From the sequence record MK250029.1: a DNA stretch of 64,000 bases. One strand, given 5' to 3'. The notes under the pieces were generated by a model, which was given only the letters and a program-made list of their open reading frames with translations, was not told the DNA's origin and made no database searches. Made by a program: the position numbers and the translations under genes. Positions 44,128-54,809 of the stretch are shown piece by piece; position 1 is the first letter of the stretch, and the number at the start of each line of letters is the position of its first letter.

Positions 44128-45294
44128 ATGAATGATAATCAATAGATAAATGATGATTATATAGTTTCTTTATTTTTTACAAGTAAAACAAATCCAAATA
44201 GAATAAGGAAAACAACATCATACATTATAGATAATAATGATGATATAAAAAATTATCTTATAAATAGGTTTCCTGATTTCAGAAATGATTTTAAAGAAGT
44301 TTTACACAGAATAAAATATAACATAGAAGAAATACCAAAATGTCCTGTATGCGGTAAACCATTAAAGTATTATGGTCTTTCTTCTATGCTATATGGTAAA
44401 ACATGTTCTAGGAAATGTCAATATGAATATATGAAAACAGAAGAGTTTCAAAGTAAACTGGATTATACATCATATATGAGTAATCCAGAAAACATTAAAA
44501 GAATACAAGAAAAAAGGAAACAGAAAATTGATGGAATAAAAGAAAAAACAAAAAGAACTCTTCTTGAACGATATGGTGATTCACACTATAATAATCGAAA
44601 TAAATGTAGACAAACATGTTTAGAAAAATATGGTGTTGATAGTCCCATGTTATTAGATTCAGTAAAAAATAAAATTAAAGAAACTAATATTAAACGATAT
44701 GGTGTCGAATGGTCTGCACAAAATAAAGAAATAAATCAAAAAACAATTAATACACAAATTAAAAAATATGGTGGTGTTTTCAATCCTGAAAAAGTAAAGA
44801 AAACGAATATAGAGAAATATGGTGTAGAAAAACCATTTATGTCATCTGATATACAAAATAAAGTTAGGAGTAAAATAGATATTATTTTACAAAAAGTAAA
44901 TAATACTAAACGTATAAATGGAACATTTAATTCATCTAATACAGAGAAAATTTCTAAAACATTATTAATCGAAAAATTTGGTGTGAATAATGTAATTGAA
45001 CAATATAAATCAGATTTATATCCATTTTATTGTGATTTCTATATTAAAAATTTAGATTTATATATTGAATGTAACTATCATTGGACACATGGTGGACATA
45101 TATTTAATAAAGATAATATAAATGATATTGAAAAATTAAATAAATGGAAGCAAAAGAATACAAAATTTTATAATAATGCTATAGAAGTATGGACTAAACG
45201 AGATCAATTAAAAATAAAAACAGCAAAAGATAATAATTTAAATTATAAAGCATTTTATTCATTAGACGAATTAAAACAATATTTAGAAATTTAA
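44128..45294 (+). CDS. Homing-endonuclease-like protein (third family member), single TAG at codon 6
   Basis: CPVCG...TCSRKC, EKYGV repeats, YPFYCDFYIKNLDLYIECNYHWTHG; ATG 44128 is in frame with the track ORF. Confidence 0.75.
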
Positions 45295-45328
45295 TTATAA
45301 ATATAAGAAATAAAATTTTAATTATTAA

Positions 45329-46753
45329 ATGAAAGTAACAACAAAGAAAGCTAAAGGTTTAGATGCACATATTATTAATGATAGTAATAAAAAAATAGTA
45401 AGAACTATAACAGATTTTTTAAATACAGATTATAAAGATTATACAAAGTATGTAATTGCAACACGAGCATTACCTAGTTTACTAGACGGCTTTAAAGTAG
45501 GCGCAAGAAAAATTATGCATGCAGCTTTCCACGGAGGAATGAAAAACGGAAAGGAAATTAAGAATTTAAATCTTGTAGGTGATGTTTATAATTTAACTCT
45601 GTACATGCATGGTGACGCTAGTTTAACAAACACTATATTCACCCTTGCAGCAGAATTTCGTGATAATCTTAATCCTATTACTATAACAGGTCAGCATGGT
45701 TCATTACGAGATGAAAAAGCCGTTTCTGCTCCTCGTTATCTTTTCTGTAAGTTATCACCATATGCAAATTTATATAAAGCAGATGAGGATCTTTTGGAAT
45801 ATGTGTTTGATGAAGGTACATATCTTGAGCCTGTAAATTATTGGCCAATTATTCCTACTGTAATTACATCAAGATCAGAAGGTATGGCACCTGGTTATAA
45901 ATTCAGTTCATTTTCATATAATCCTGTTGATGTTATTGATGCTTGTATTGAAATGTTGAATACTGGTGATATTAAAGAAACTGTGATTAGACCATATGTT
46001 AGAGGTATTAGTGAAGATAGGTTTACATTTGATACAGACGTAAATAAATGGTTAAATTCTGGTGTATATAAAGTAGATATTAAGAATGATATATTTCAGG
46101 TAACTGATTTGCCATATGATACAGGTTTTGATAAGTTTGAGAAACGTCTTAATGATATGGTTGAAAAAGGATTTCTTAAAGATTGGAAGAATTATTCACA
46201 GGATGATAAGTTGAATTATTGGTTAATTTTCCCTAAGAAACAACTTGAGCGTGAGATGAAACCAGATCGAAAAGATAAACTTTTTAAGAAAATAGGACTA
46301 TATACATATGTACCAGATGATTTGTTATATGTTCTTGATGAAAATAAGAAAGTAAAACATTTCATTAATAAAGAAGAACTTATAAAGTATTTTGTTAATA
46401 TTCGTCTTAATAAGTATAATGATCGAAAAGATCGGTTAGTTACTGTTATGGAGAAACGATATGAAGATAACAACAATCTTTGTAGATTCATTGAATTGGT
46501 TAATAATGGAGATTTGATTATTTCTAACAGAAAGAGAAAGGATGTTGTAGCAGATTTGAAGAAATATGATTTACCTGATTCTGTTTTACAAATTCAAATT
46601 TCTAAGTTAACTGATGAAGAGAAAAAAGAATTAATTAAGAAAAACAAAGAGATAGAAAAAGAGCTTAAGTATATTAAGAAAACAACCATAAAGGATATGT
46701 ATCTTGATGATTTGAGGAATTTAAGAAAGACTCTTGAAACTGAATTTTGTTAA
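45329..46753 (+). CDS. Type II DNA topoisomerase breakage-reunion subunit, T4 gp52/GyrA-like
   Basis: RALPSLLDGFKVGARK, YMHGDASL, active site SAPRY, GMAPGY. Confidence 0.95.
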   Translation: MKVTTKKAKGLDAHIINDSNKKIVRTITDFLNTDYKDYTKYVIATRALPSLLDGFKVGARKIMHAAFHGGMKNGKEIKNLNLVGDVYNLTLYMHGDASLTNTIFTLAAEFRDNLNPITITGQHGSLRDEKAVSAPRYLFCKLSPYANLYKADEDLLEYVFDEGTYLEPVNYWPIIPTVITSRSEGMAPGYKFSSFSYNPVDVIDACIEMLNTGDIKETVIRPYVRGISEDRFTFDTDVNKWLNSGVYKVDIKNDIFQVTDLPYDTGFDKFEKRLNDMVEKGFLKDWKNYSQDDKLNYWLIFPKKQLEREMKPDRKDKLFKKIGLYTYVPDDLLYVLDENKKVKHFINKEELIKYFVNIRLNKYNDRKDRLVTVMEKRYEDNNNLCRFIELVNNGDLIISNRKRKDVVADLKKYDLPDSVLQIQISKLTDEEKKELIKKNKEIEKELKYIKKTTIKDMYLDDLRNLRKTLETEFC

Positions 46754-47556
46754 TGGAAAATTTATTTGATGACGATATTTTATTAAATGATGATAATGAT
46801 GTTACTTCAGTGTTTGGTGATACTGCGGTAACATCATTATCTAATTTAGTTAATGATAATTTGAATTATCTTAAATTCAATAGTTATATAAATAATGATA
46901 TTTATAAACGACATAATGCTTTTTATGCTTATATGGATTCATTTGAAGGCTATGGACAATATAAAAATTATTTTGACGTTGTGACATTTGATGTTAATAG
47001 TCCTTATAGTATTTCATTGAATATAAAGGGATTATTAGGTGAAAAATATCACTGTAGACATTATAAGAATTGTTTATTAGGTGTTATAGATACTAATATA
47101 ATTAAAGCTATACCACATATTACAAATATTAATATAGAACCTTTATATGATTTTTATGAAGTAAATGAAAAATGTACGAAATTTTTAATATTCATGACAT
47201 TATCAAAATATCGTGATAAAAATAAAAGTAATTTAATAGATGATGAATTTATTGAGAATATAAAAGAGTTTATATTAAATTTTAAAGATAATAACATATA
47301 TTATGAATTAGTATTTGAAAATGTTGTATTTGAATTTGAATCAATTAAAAAACTTAATAATTTATTACCATCTAATATAAAAATTCAAATAACAGGAGAT
47401 TGTAAAATACATCTACCAGATGATATTATTGCTAAATATAAACAAGTTCAACAAGATATGCAAATTTCATTATTTGCTAATACATATCCAGACTTTGATG
47501 ATTGTGATAATATTACATTTAATATATTTTCAATACTTAAAGATTTGAGATATTAA
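46753..47556 (+). CDS. Hypothetical protein with LFDDD leader
   Basis: MENLFDDDILLNDDND. Confidence 0.65.
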   Translation: MENLFDDDILLNDDNDVTSVFGDTAVTSLSNLVNDNLNYLKFNSYINNDIYKRHNAFYAYMDSFEGYGQYKNYFDVVTFDVNSPYSISLNIKGLLGEKYHCRHYKNCLLGVIDTNIIKAIPHITNINIEPLYDFYEVNEKCTKFLIFMTLSKYRDKNKSNLIDDEFIENIKEFILNFKDNNIYYELVFENVVFEFESIKKLNNLLPSNIKIQITGDCKIHLPDDIIAKYKQVQQDMQISLFANTYPDFDDCDNITFNIFSILKDLRY

Positions 47557-47855
47557 AATAAAGAATTCGAATTAACATTATCATCAACAATTTCATATGC
47601 ATGAGAAATAAATGAATCAATATCAGTATCTTCTTTAAGGATAACTTTTGTTTGTAACATATCTAAATATCCTTTATTAATATTTTCATAAATAGGAATT
47701 TTATTTTTCTCAAAATCTTTATGAATAATAATATAAGGACAAAAACTAAATTCTGATAAGTATGATTCTTGATAACCAATGTTATGGAGTTTAGATAATA
47801 GTTTATTTAAGTCAGATACATTATTAATATGAATATAGTATATTTTATAAAACAT
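47553..47855 (-). CDS. Hypothetical protein
   Basis: 100-aa ORF. Confidence 0.55.
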   Translation of the reverse strand: MFYKIYYIHINNVSDLNKLLSKLHNIGYQESYLSEFSFCPYIIIHKDFEKNKIPIYENINKGYLDMLQTKVILKEDTDIDSFISHAYEIVDDNVNSNSLF

Positions 47856-47914
47856 TTTATTTAAATAATTTTATAAATTATATAGTTAAATTAACGAAAA
47901 GATTATAAAAAGTA

Positions 47915-48268
47915 ATGAAAAAAGATAAAACTCGACAATTATATAATATATATGCAGGAAAAGAGAAAATAGAATTATTTAATCGTTATTATGGGAAAAT
48001 ATATTTAGAACCGATTTCAGAAGATTCATATCAATTAATTGGTCCAGAAAATATTTATACATTTATGAGAGTTGGATTTAAGGATTTAGGTAAAGCTCGT
48101 ACGGATTATACTAATATAGAGTTTATAGATCCAGATGGTGGTCCATATATTTCAGTTGGAAGTATTATAGGTACTCATAATGAAGTTATAACAAATATTA
48201 TATGTATTAAAGTAGAAAAGAAAGCCGTTTATATTATAGAAACAAAAAAGGAAGATCATAAAGAATGA
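47915..48268 (+). CDS. Hypothetical protein
   Basis: 117-aa ORF containing FIDPDGGPYISVG. Confidence 0.65.
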   Translation: MKKDKTRQLYNIYAGKEKIELFNRYYGKIYLEPISEDSYQLIGPENIYTFMRVGFKDLGKARTDYTNIEFIDPDGGPYISVGSIIGTHNEVITNIICIKVEKKAVYIIETKKEDHKE

Positions 48269-48283
48269 TCTTCCTTTTTTATT

Positions 48284-49432
48284 TTAATCAAAAATATCAT
48301 GAAAATGTTCTAATGTTTCATCTGTTAATCTAACAATTACACATGAATCAATTTTATCTCCTAAACAATATCTGTCTATATTTTTTGAATTACATTTACT
48401 AAGCATTTCTGAATTAATATTTTTATAGAAATAAAATGTTAACCCATTTTTTGTTAATTCATATACAGCATTATCATCATCTTTTTCTATATCGTTTAAC
48501 GGATATATATTTTTCTGTAATAAATAAATTAAAAATGTAGGTATATTATATATTTTTGAATATTTACATAGACTTACCTGCCGTTTCCAATTAAAATAGA
48601 CAATTCCATATGGTTCATTTTTATTATTAAGATAAAAACTATTATCTCTAATAACATTTAAAGTTCCTAATTTTTTATAACGTGATTTTAAAAATGATAT
48701 ACGATTATTTATATCTTTTGTTTTAGTAATAATATCTTTCTGTTTATTATCATCTTTTTCTTCATATATAACTTTTCCAGTTAATTTAAGAATTGCGATA
48801 AATGATGATTCATTATAATCATATTTAATACCACATCCAGAAGGTGATTGATATGTTAACATTATACCTTCATCTTCAGATAATAAAATCGTTTTATATG
48901 TTGGATCATTTCTAAAACACTCTTGAACAATTTCAGGCATTGCAGGAAATATTTTATTAACCCAATTATCATATTCATGTTCTAATTTTAAATAACCACA
49001 ATTTGCATATAACTCACTATCTTTAGGTGGTAATCCTCGTGTAAGTCCAAGCGATTCTTTTTCTTTACATTTACCATCATAAAATGATAAATTATTGACA
49101 AATGCATAGGGACAATTTGATACTCTATATACATTAAATTTTTTCTTTTTTAACGCATCCATCATATCTTCTAATGCTTTATCTGGATATAAAGAACCCT
49201 TTCTGCCTCTATGTACAAGAACCTTTTTGTTATTAATCTTTTCATATTTCCAACTACGTGGTTTATCGATACCGAGAAGATCTACCACAATTGGTTTTAA
49301 ATCATTTTCTGCGAATCGAGCAGATAAATCGGTATCGATTGAACCTGTAGTTTCATCGGATAATATATCATCATCAAATAAATCAGAAAATGATTCAAAT
49401 AGTTTTAATAAATTATATATATTCTTTTTCAT
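48284..49432 (-). CDS. Hypothetical protein with LFDDD leader
   Basis: MKKNIYNLLKLFESFSDLFDDDILSDE; 382 aa. Confidence 0.7.
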   Translation of the reverse strand: MKKNIYNLLKLFESFSDLFDDDILSDETTGSIDTDLSARFAENDLKPIVVDLLGIDKPRSWKYEKINNKKVLVHRGRKGSLYPDKALEDMMDALKKKKFNVYRVSNCPYAFVNNLSFYDGKCKEKESLGLTRGLPPKDSELYANCGYLKLEHEYDNWVNKIFPAMPEIVQECFRNDPTYKTILLSEDEGIMLTYQSPSGCGIKYDYNESSFIAILKLTGKVIYEEKDDNKQKDIITKTKDINNRISFLKSRYKKLGTLNVIRDNSFYLNNKNEPYGIVYFNWKRQVSLCKYSKIYNIPTFLIYLLQKNIYPLNDIEKDDDNAVYELTKNGLTFYFYKNINSEMLSKCNSKNIDRYCLGDKIDSCVIVRLTDETLEHFHDIFD

Positions 49433-49462
49433 ATTTTTAATTATTCTATTATGATATATTTA

Positions 49463-52400
49463 TTATGCAAGTACTAATAAGATAGGAGTTAATGTAGCTG
49501 ATTTCCATGTTGCATAATAAGTGACTGAACTATTTATAGTAACTGTACTTGTAGAACCATATGTTGCGATACTACTTGTAGACCATCCGTTAAAAATATA
49601 ATTATTGCGTGTAGGTACATAACTTCCTATATTAAATGTTCCTTTTGTATATATAATATATGGATTTGATGTTGTATATTCTTTACCATTTACTGTTAAT
49701 GTACCATTACCATTATTAGGGGTAAGAACAACTTTATAACTTGCTACTGTTAACTATAAATATACATTTGTTGGATTAGTTGTTACTGTTGCAGTTGAAT
49801 TAGATAATAAAGTACCACCAGATGCTGCAGTATACCATGCACCCGTATATCTTATCGTATTATCAACTTTTCTTATAGGATTTGCTAATGGTACAGGAGC
49901 AGTTAGAGAACTATATTTTGTTCCATAAGCTACAGATGAACTTTTTGTTAATGTTACATCATCTGACCAAATAATAACCATTGAATCTGTATTATTCCAA
50001 TTAATTGTACATGTATTAGCTGAACTTGTATATATAGCATAAAAATTAAAAGTTGAGCTTGTTGTAGTTAATGTATATGGAAATGTAACTACATTACCAT
50101 TTGTTGTTAAAGACCAACCTTTAAATTTATAAATCGTTGAGGTAGTTGCTGTTTTTGTTGGACTTGATGAATATGCAGAAATAGATGCTCCATAATTTTT
50201 CTTTTCTGATTTCTATGTAGAACCATCACTGAAAGTACCACCGTTTGAATTCCAATATACAGTTTTTTCTGTAACTGTATACATTGCATTAAATTGTATA
50301 GCAGTTGTACCTAATGTAATACTTACAGGAAATGTTTTATAATATGTACTATTATAATACCAACCAAGAAATGTATTACCTGTTTTACTAGGAGTATTCT
50401 TATAACCTATATCAGATGGCTAACATTTAATCGCTCCAGGATTATGATAATCATATATTGAATTACTTGTTGATGTTCCACCTGATGTTGGTGAAAGTTG
50501 TCCACCATTTGGATCCCAAGAAACTTTTATATAACCAGTAGAAACGGTGCTCCAACGAGCATATAAATTTATATCACCAGTTAATAAAGATCCACTTGTT
50601 ACTGCAGCACCTGTTGTTGTTGTTGAATAGTTACCAAGGAATACATATTTTAAATTACTACCTTCTACCCATGTAGGTGTTTCATCTGGTTTTAATTCTG
50701 TATATGGTGTATCTTTACTAAATTTCTTTGTAATTGATTCATTACCAGTAGTTTTACTCCATTTTGCATATGTATTGTTTTTATGGAATGTAACAGTAAA
50801 TAATGTTGTATTACCTGTTTGTGTTAATGTAGCAGTATCAGGTGAATAATACTAATAGTTTCCTGTAAATGTATATGTTCTATTTTTTGTACTTGACTAA
50901 ATATTTGGTATAACTGGTTTGTTACCTGTAAAAGAAAATTTATTAGATGTTGTTTCTCCTGAATTTTTATATACGCCAGTAAAGGTTGTTGAACTTGTTA
51001 TATCAGTATATTCTGGCTGAGAAACACTTGTTTCTTTTGATGTCCAATCTTCATTATATATTTTTACTAATTTTGATGTTAACGTTGCTGTACCACCAGT
51101 ATAAGTAAAAGATGTTGGATTTACAGAAACCGCTATTGATTCAGTTTTTAATTCTTTATTTTCTACCGTATTTCCCTATCTTGTTAATATAGTAACAGTA
51201 TCTGTTTTTAAAGAATTACCAAGAGAATCTTTAACATCATACTATTTTTCATTATATGTATGTTTAAGATCTTGAAGTTCAACATGAATTTCAGCATAAC
51301 GAGTTTTTTCCTCTGCATATGATGTACCTAAAGATTGAGAAGTAACAGAAGTTGGCCTAAATTTATACATGTTTGCAGTTAAATCATTAAATGTCCATTT
51401 AACCGTTTCTGTTATAGTCTTATTTTCCATTGACGTATAAGTCCATTTATAAGTACCTTCCAATGTACAATCTGTTGCTGTTATAGTTTTACCAGATGCA
51501 GGAAAATGATAACCTGATTTATCAGTTGCATAACTGTATTTTGTTATTACTAAATTAGAATATGTAAATGGTTTTGATGCATCAGGTCCATCTAATTTCT
51601 ATGAAACTGATACTTCATTTGATGTTATACCATCATACGTTGTTTTAAACTTTATTGTTCTTGCTGAAGTAGATGCAGGAATTTTATATGATGTTCCTTT
51701 AGTTGATGAAACACCAGTTATTCCAGTTATTGTATATGTCTAATTAGCATTAACCGCTTCAGGTCCTTGATTCGCATCACTTCCACCACCAGACGTTGAA
51801 CCAGATGTATACTAATAAACAACTTTATTTAATGTATACTTTCTCTATAATGTAAATGTTACTGTTCCTCCTGAACTATATACTGTTGTAGGACTTACAA
51901 ATAATATTACGCTGGTGGTTTTCTTTGATTCTGGTGTCATAACTGACTTTGTATTAGCAGCTTGTTTTACTGTAAAACTAGGATGTGTTAAAGCAACTCC
52001 ATCAATTGTTGTTTGCTTCTGTGTTGTACCACCTGCAGGTATTGTTGTAACATTAGTAACAGGAGATTCTGTAGTTCCTTTTGTTGTTGCACTTACAGTA
52101 GAAAATGTCACATTTTCTGTAACATTTTCAGATTCACCAGTATTATATGTTTTCCTAAAAGTTAATGTACCCGAACTTATATTTCCTCCGCTTGCAGGAA
52201 TTAAATTTGTAGTAATACTTGCATTATCTAATTTAGTTACATACTTATCCCGTTTTGTTTGAGTAATAGTTATATTTGCCTGTTCATACATATCACCACG
52301 TAAACCCATTGCATGAATTATAATAGTTCTATCAGAAGATGCATTATCTCTTTTACTAAATGTAACACTAAATGGATTATTATGTGTATATATTCCATCC

Positions 52401-52729
52401 TAATGTGGTGTATTATTTATTGTACAACCAGATGTATCTCCACTACCACTTTTAAATGTTGCATTAGGATAATTATATATTCGTTCTTCTGTTCTTGTGG
52501 TAAATCCTTCTCTTACTGAATATGTTTCTTTACAATATAAATTAAATTTTTGTGTTGTTCCTCCTTCCCATGATATATTTGGTATAGTACTAGGATCAGA
52601 ACCATATTCTGTTTTAATTAAAGTTTCTGTTTTCTTTACATAGAAACGTCTGGAAGTTTTCTGCCCTTCCCAACACACATGTTGGTTTTTCTATACATCA
52701 ACAGCTTTATTATTATTTTTTATAATCAT
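49463..52729 (-). CDS. Large Thr/Ser-rich tail-fibre/adhesin with InlB B-repeat (Flg_new)-like repeats (about 1088 aa, TAG-containing)
   Basis: Four minus-strand track ORFs (52400, 51845, 51242, 49754) fall in one frame from ATG 52729 to TAA 49463; repeats of W..NGG....P.KTG.TF.GWY type. Confidence 0.75.
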
Positions 52730-52758
52730 GTTTACTAATAAATAATTAATTTTTAGAA

Positions 52759-53790
52759 CTAATCTTTATAAGCATTATATGTTGCAATAACATCTTTTAA
52801 ATGAATAGTAGGGAATTTCTGTAACTTTCTTAATATATTAATAAAATCTTCTTTACTGCTCATATTAATTCTGGATCTATTATAACCATAACGTCCTCTA
52901 TAACCACTAAAAGATTTACTATATACACCATGTCCTAATATAATAGTTAATAATATATCATCATTAAACTGTAATTGTAAATCTTTTATATTTCTGTTCT
53001 TTGCACATATAAATAAAGCTGCTAATCTTGCAACCATTTTATCTGCTTTTGTTATTTTATCAAAACCACTGAAATTCCTTGTATCTATACATTTATTCAT
53101 ACGGTCAATATCTTTCTGAACTACTTTATATACTTTTCCTGTACATGTTAATTCATCTGTAATTCTCTATGTATTAAATACTTTTTCTACCTATTTTAGT
53201 AATGCGTCATATATTTCAGATTGCTATGATTTAATGTCAAACTATGTACTATTATACTTAGTAATAAACTTATTGACAGCAGTATTCATATTATCTGAAA
53301 TATTACATACACTTAATATAATTTCATCTGTAGTATAAGGAAATGAAACACACCATGCACTAAATTCTTTTGGTTTATTCCTATATGTTATTTCATATGG
53401 AATTTGCTTAATATTGAATATGAAATTATCACCGATAACACATTTGAAATATTTTCTAAATATATCTAAACTATAATTTGTTTCTACTGTTATTTTAATT
53501 TGTTCATTATTAAACTAATCACAATCTATAGTATAAGGAAAATATGTTTTCTTAATAGCAGACATTATATCAGTAATTGTATTTAATACATTATTAACAA
53601 GATCGTATTTATTGATGAAATATTCATTTACTTCATCTATATTATCACATTGTGCTAATGATGTAATTTTGACATTATCATTAATCATTTGAGAAACTTC
53701 CTATGTATCAGAATCTGTATCATCAACATATATATCATTGAAATCATCATCAAATAAACTTTCGAGTAATTTCTTTATATTCTTATTCAT
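52759..53790 (-). CDS. Hypothetical protein with ESLFDDD leader (TAG-containing)
   Basis: ATG 53790 MNKNIKKLLESLFDDDFND reads through TAGs into track ORF 52759-53100. Confidence 0.7.
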
Positions 53791-53868
53791 ATAATAATTA
53801 AAATGTATTTTATTATTTATTTTTAGATAATAATTCATGAAATATTTTTTTAATTAAAATATTATATG

Positions 53869-53876
53869 TATCTTTG
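53869..53876 (+). promoter_or_regulatory. Bacteroidetes-type -7 promoter element
   Basis: tttttttaattaaaatattatatgTATCTTTGa. Confidence 0.7.
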
Positions 53877-53906
53877 AGTCACATAATAATTAATGAATAA
53901 TATAAT

Positions 53907-54281
53907 ATGGTATTAAATATAGACGATTTTGAAGTATTGAAATTTTATGGGTATACAAGTCTAATACCTATAAATGCTCGTATTAATGAAGTGTCATCAA
54001 TAGATGATAATCCAAGAGAACAAATACGTTATAAAAAATTAGAATCCTTTTATAATAAGGTAATTGAAAAAGCAAAGGAAAAATGTACAAATAAAAGTTT
54101 TAAGTATTGTCATTTTGAAGATAATAAATGTGTATTTTGTTTATCACATATTAAAACAGGTCATATTATCTATATAGGTAAATATGATTTTGAAATATCG
54201 ATAGGTCTTGATTTCAAACAGATATTTGGTCCATCATATAATTTTTTATTTAATAAAGAATCATATAAGAATGAAGAGTAA
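53907..54281 (+). CDS. Hypothetical protein
   Basis: 124-aa ORF after promoter. Confidence 0.6.
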   Translation: MVLNIDDFEVLKFYGYTSLIPINARINEVSSIDDNPREQIRYKKLESFYNKVIEKAKEKCTNKSFKYCHFEDNKCVFCLSHIKTGHIIYIGKYDFEISIGLDFKQIFGPSYNFLFNKESYKNEE

Positions 54282-54411
54282 AAAATTTTTATCTAATTTA
54301 AATAATATAGAAACTTGCAAGAATTCATTGGTATTTCTTGCTATGGTATTTCTTATTATTTTAACATATGCAGGTATCATATGGTTTTCAGATTATTTGA
54401 ATAATTATTAA
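54271..54411 (+). CDS. Small membrane protein
   Basis: ATG 54271; single TM LVFLAMVFLIILTYAGIIWF. Confidence 0.5.
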   Translation: MKSKKFLSNLNNIETCKNSLVFLAMVFLIILTYAGIIWFSDYLNNY

Positions 54412-54423
54412 AATTAAATACAT

Positions 54424-54756
54424 ATGGTTATACATAAAGCAGAAAAATGTAATATTAATAATGTATCAGAAAATAAAATACATGATAGTACATCAGGTTA
54501 TAATAGTTTAATTATATTTTTTATCATTACTGTAATTACGGCAGTTGTATATGCAATAACAGTTTATCCTGCTGCATGTTCAAGAGAATCTGTAATTACA
54601 AATAAAGATACAGAAACAAAATTTAAAATGATATTGAGAGACAAATATATTGATAATGTATTTCTTGAAAATATTAGTCAAAATTCATGGAATTCAATAG
54701 AAGTATATGATTCAAATATGAAATCTCATAAAATTATTTGGAAAGAAGTAAAATAA
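54424..54756 (+). CDS. Small membrane protein
   Basis: One TM segment LIIFFIITVITAVVYAITVY. Confidence 0.6.
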   Translation: MVIHKAEKCNINNVSENKIHDSTSGYNSLIIFFIITVITAVVYAITVYPAACSRESVITNKDTETKFKMILRDKYIDNVFLENISQNSWNSIEVYDSNMKSHKIIWKEVK

Positions 54757-54809
54757 TAAAGTAAAAAGAAAATATATTTAATAATTACTAATTTTAATAA
54801 AAATAAAAA

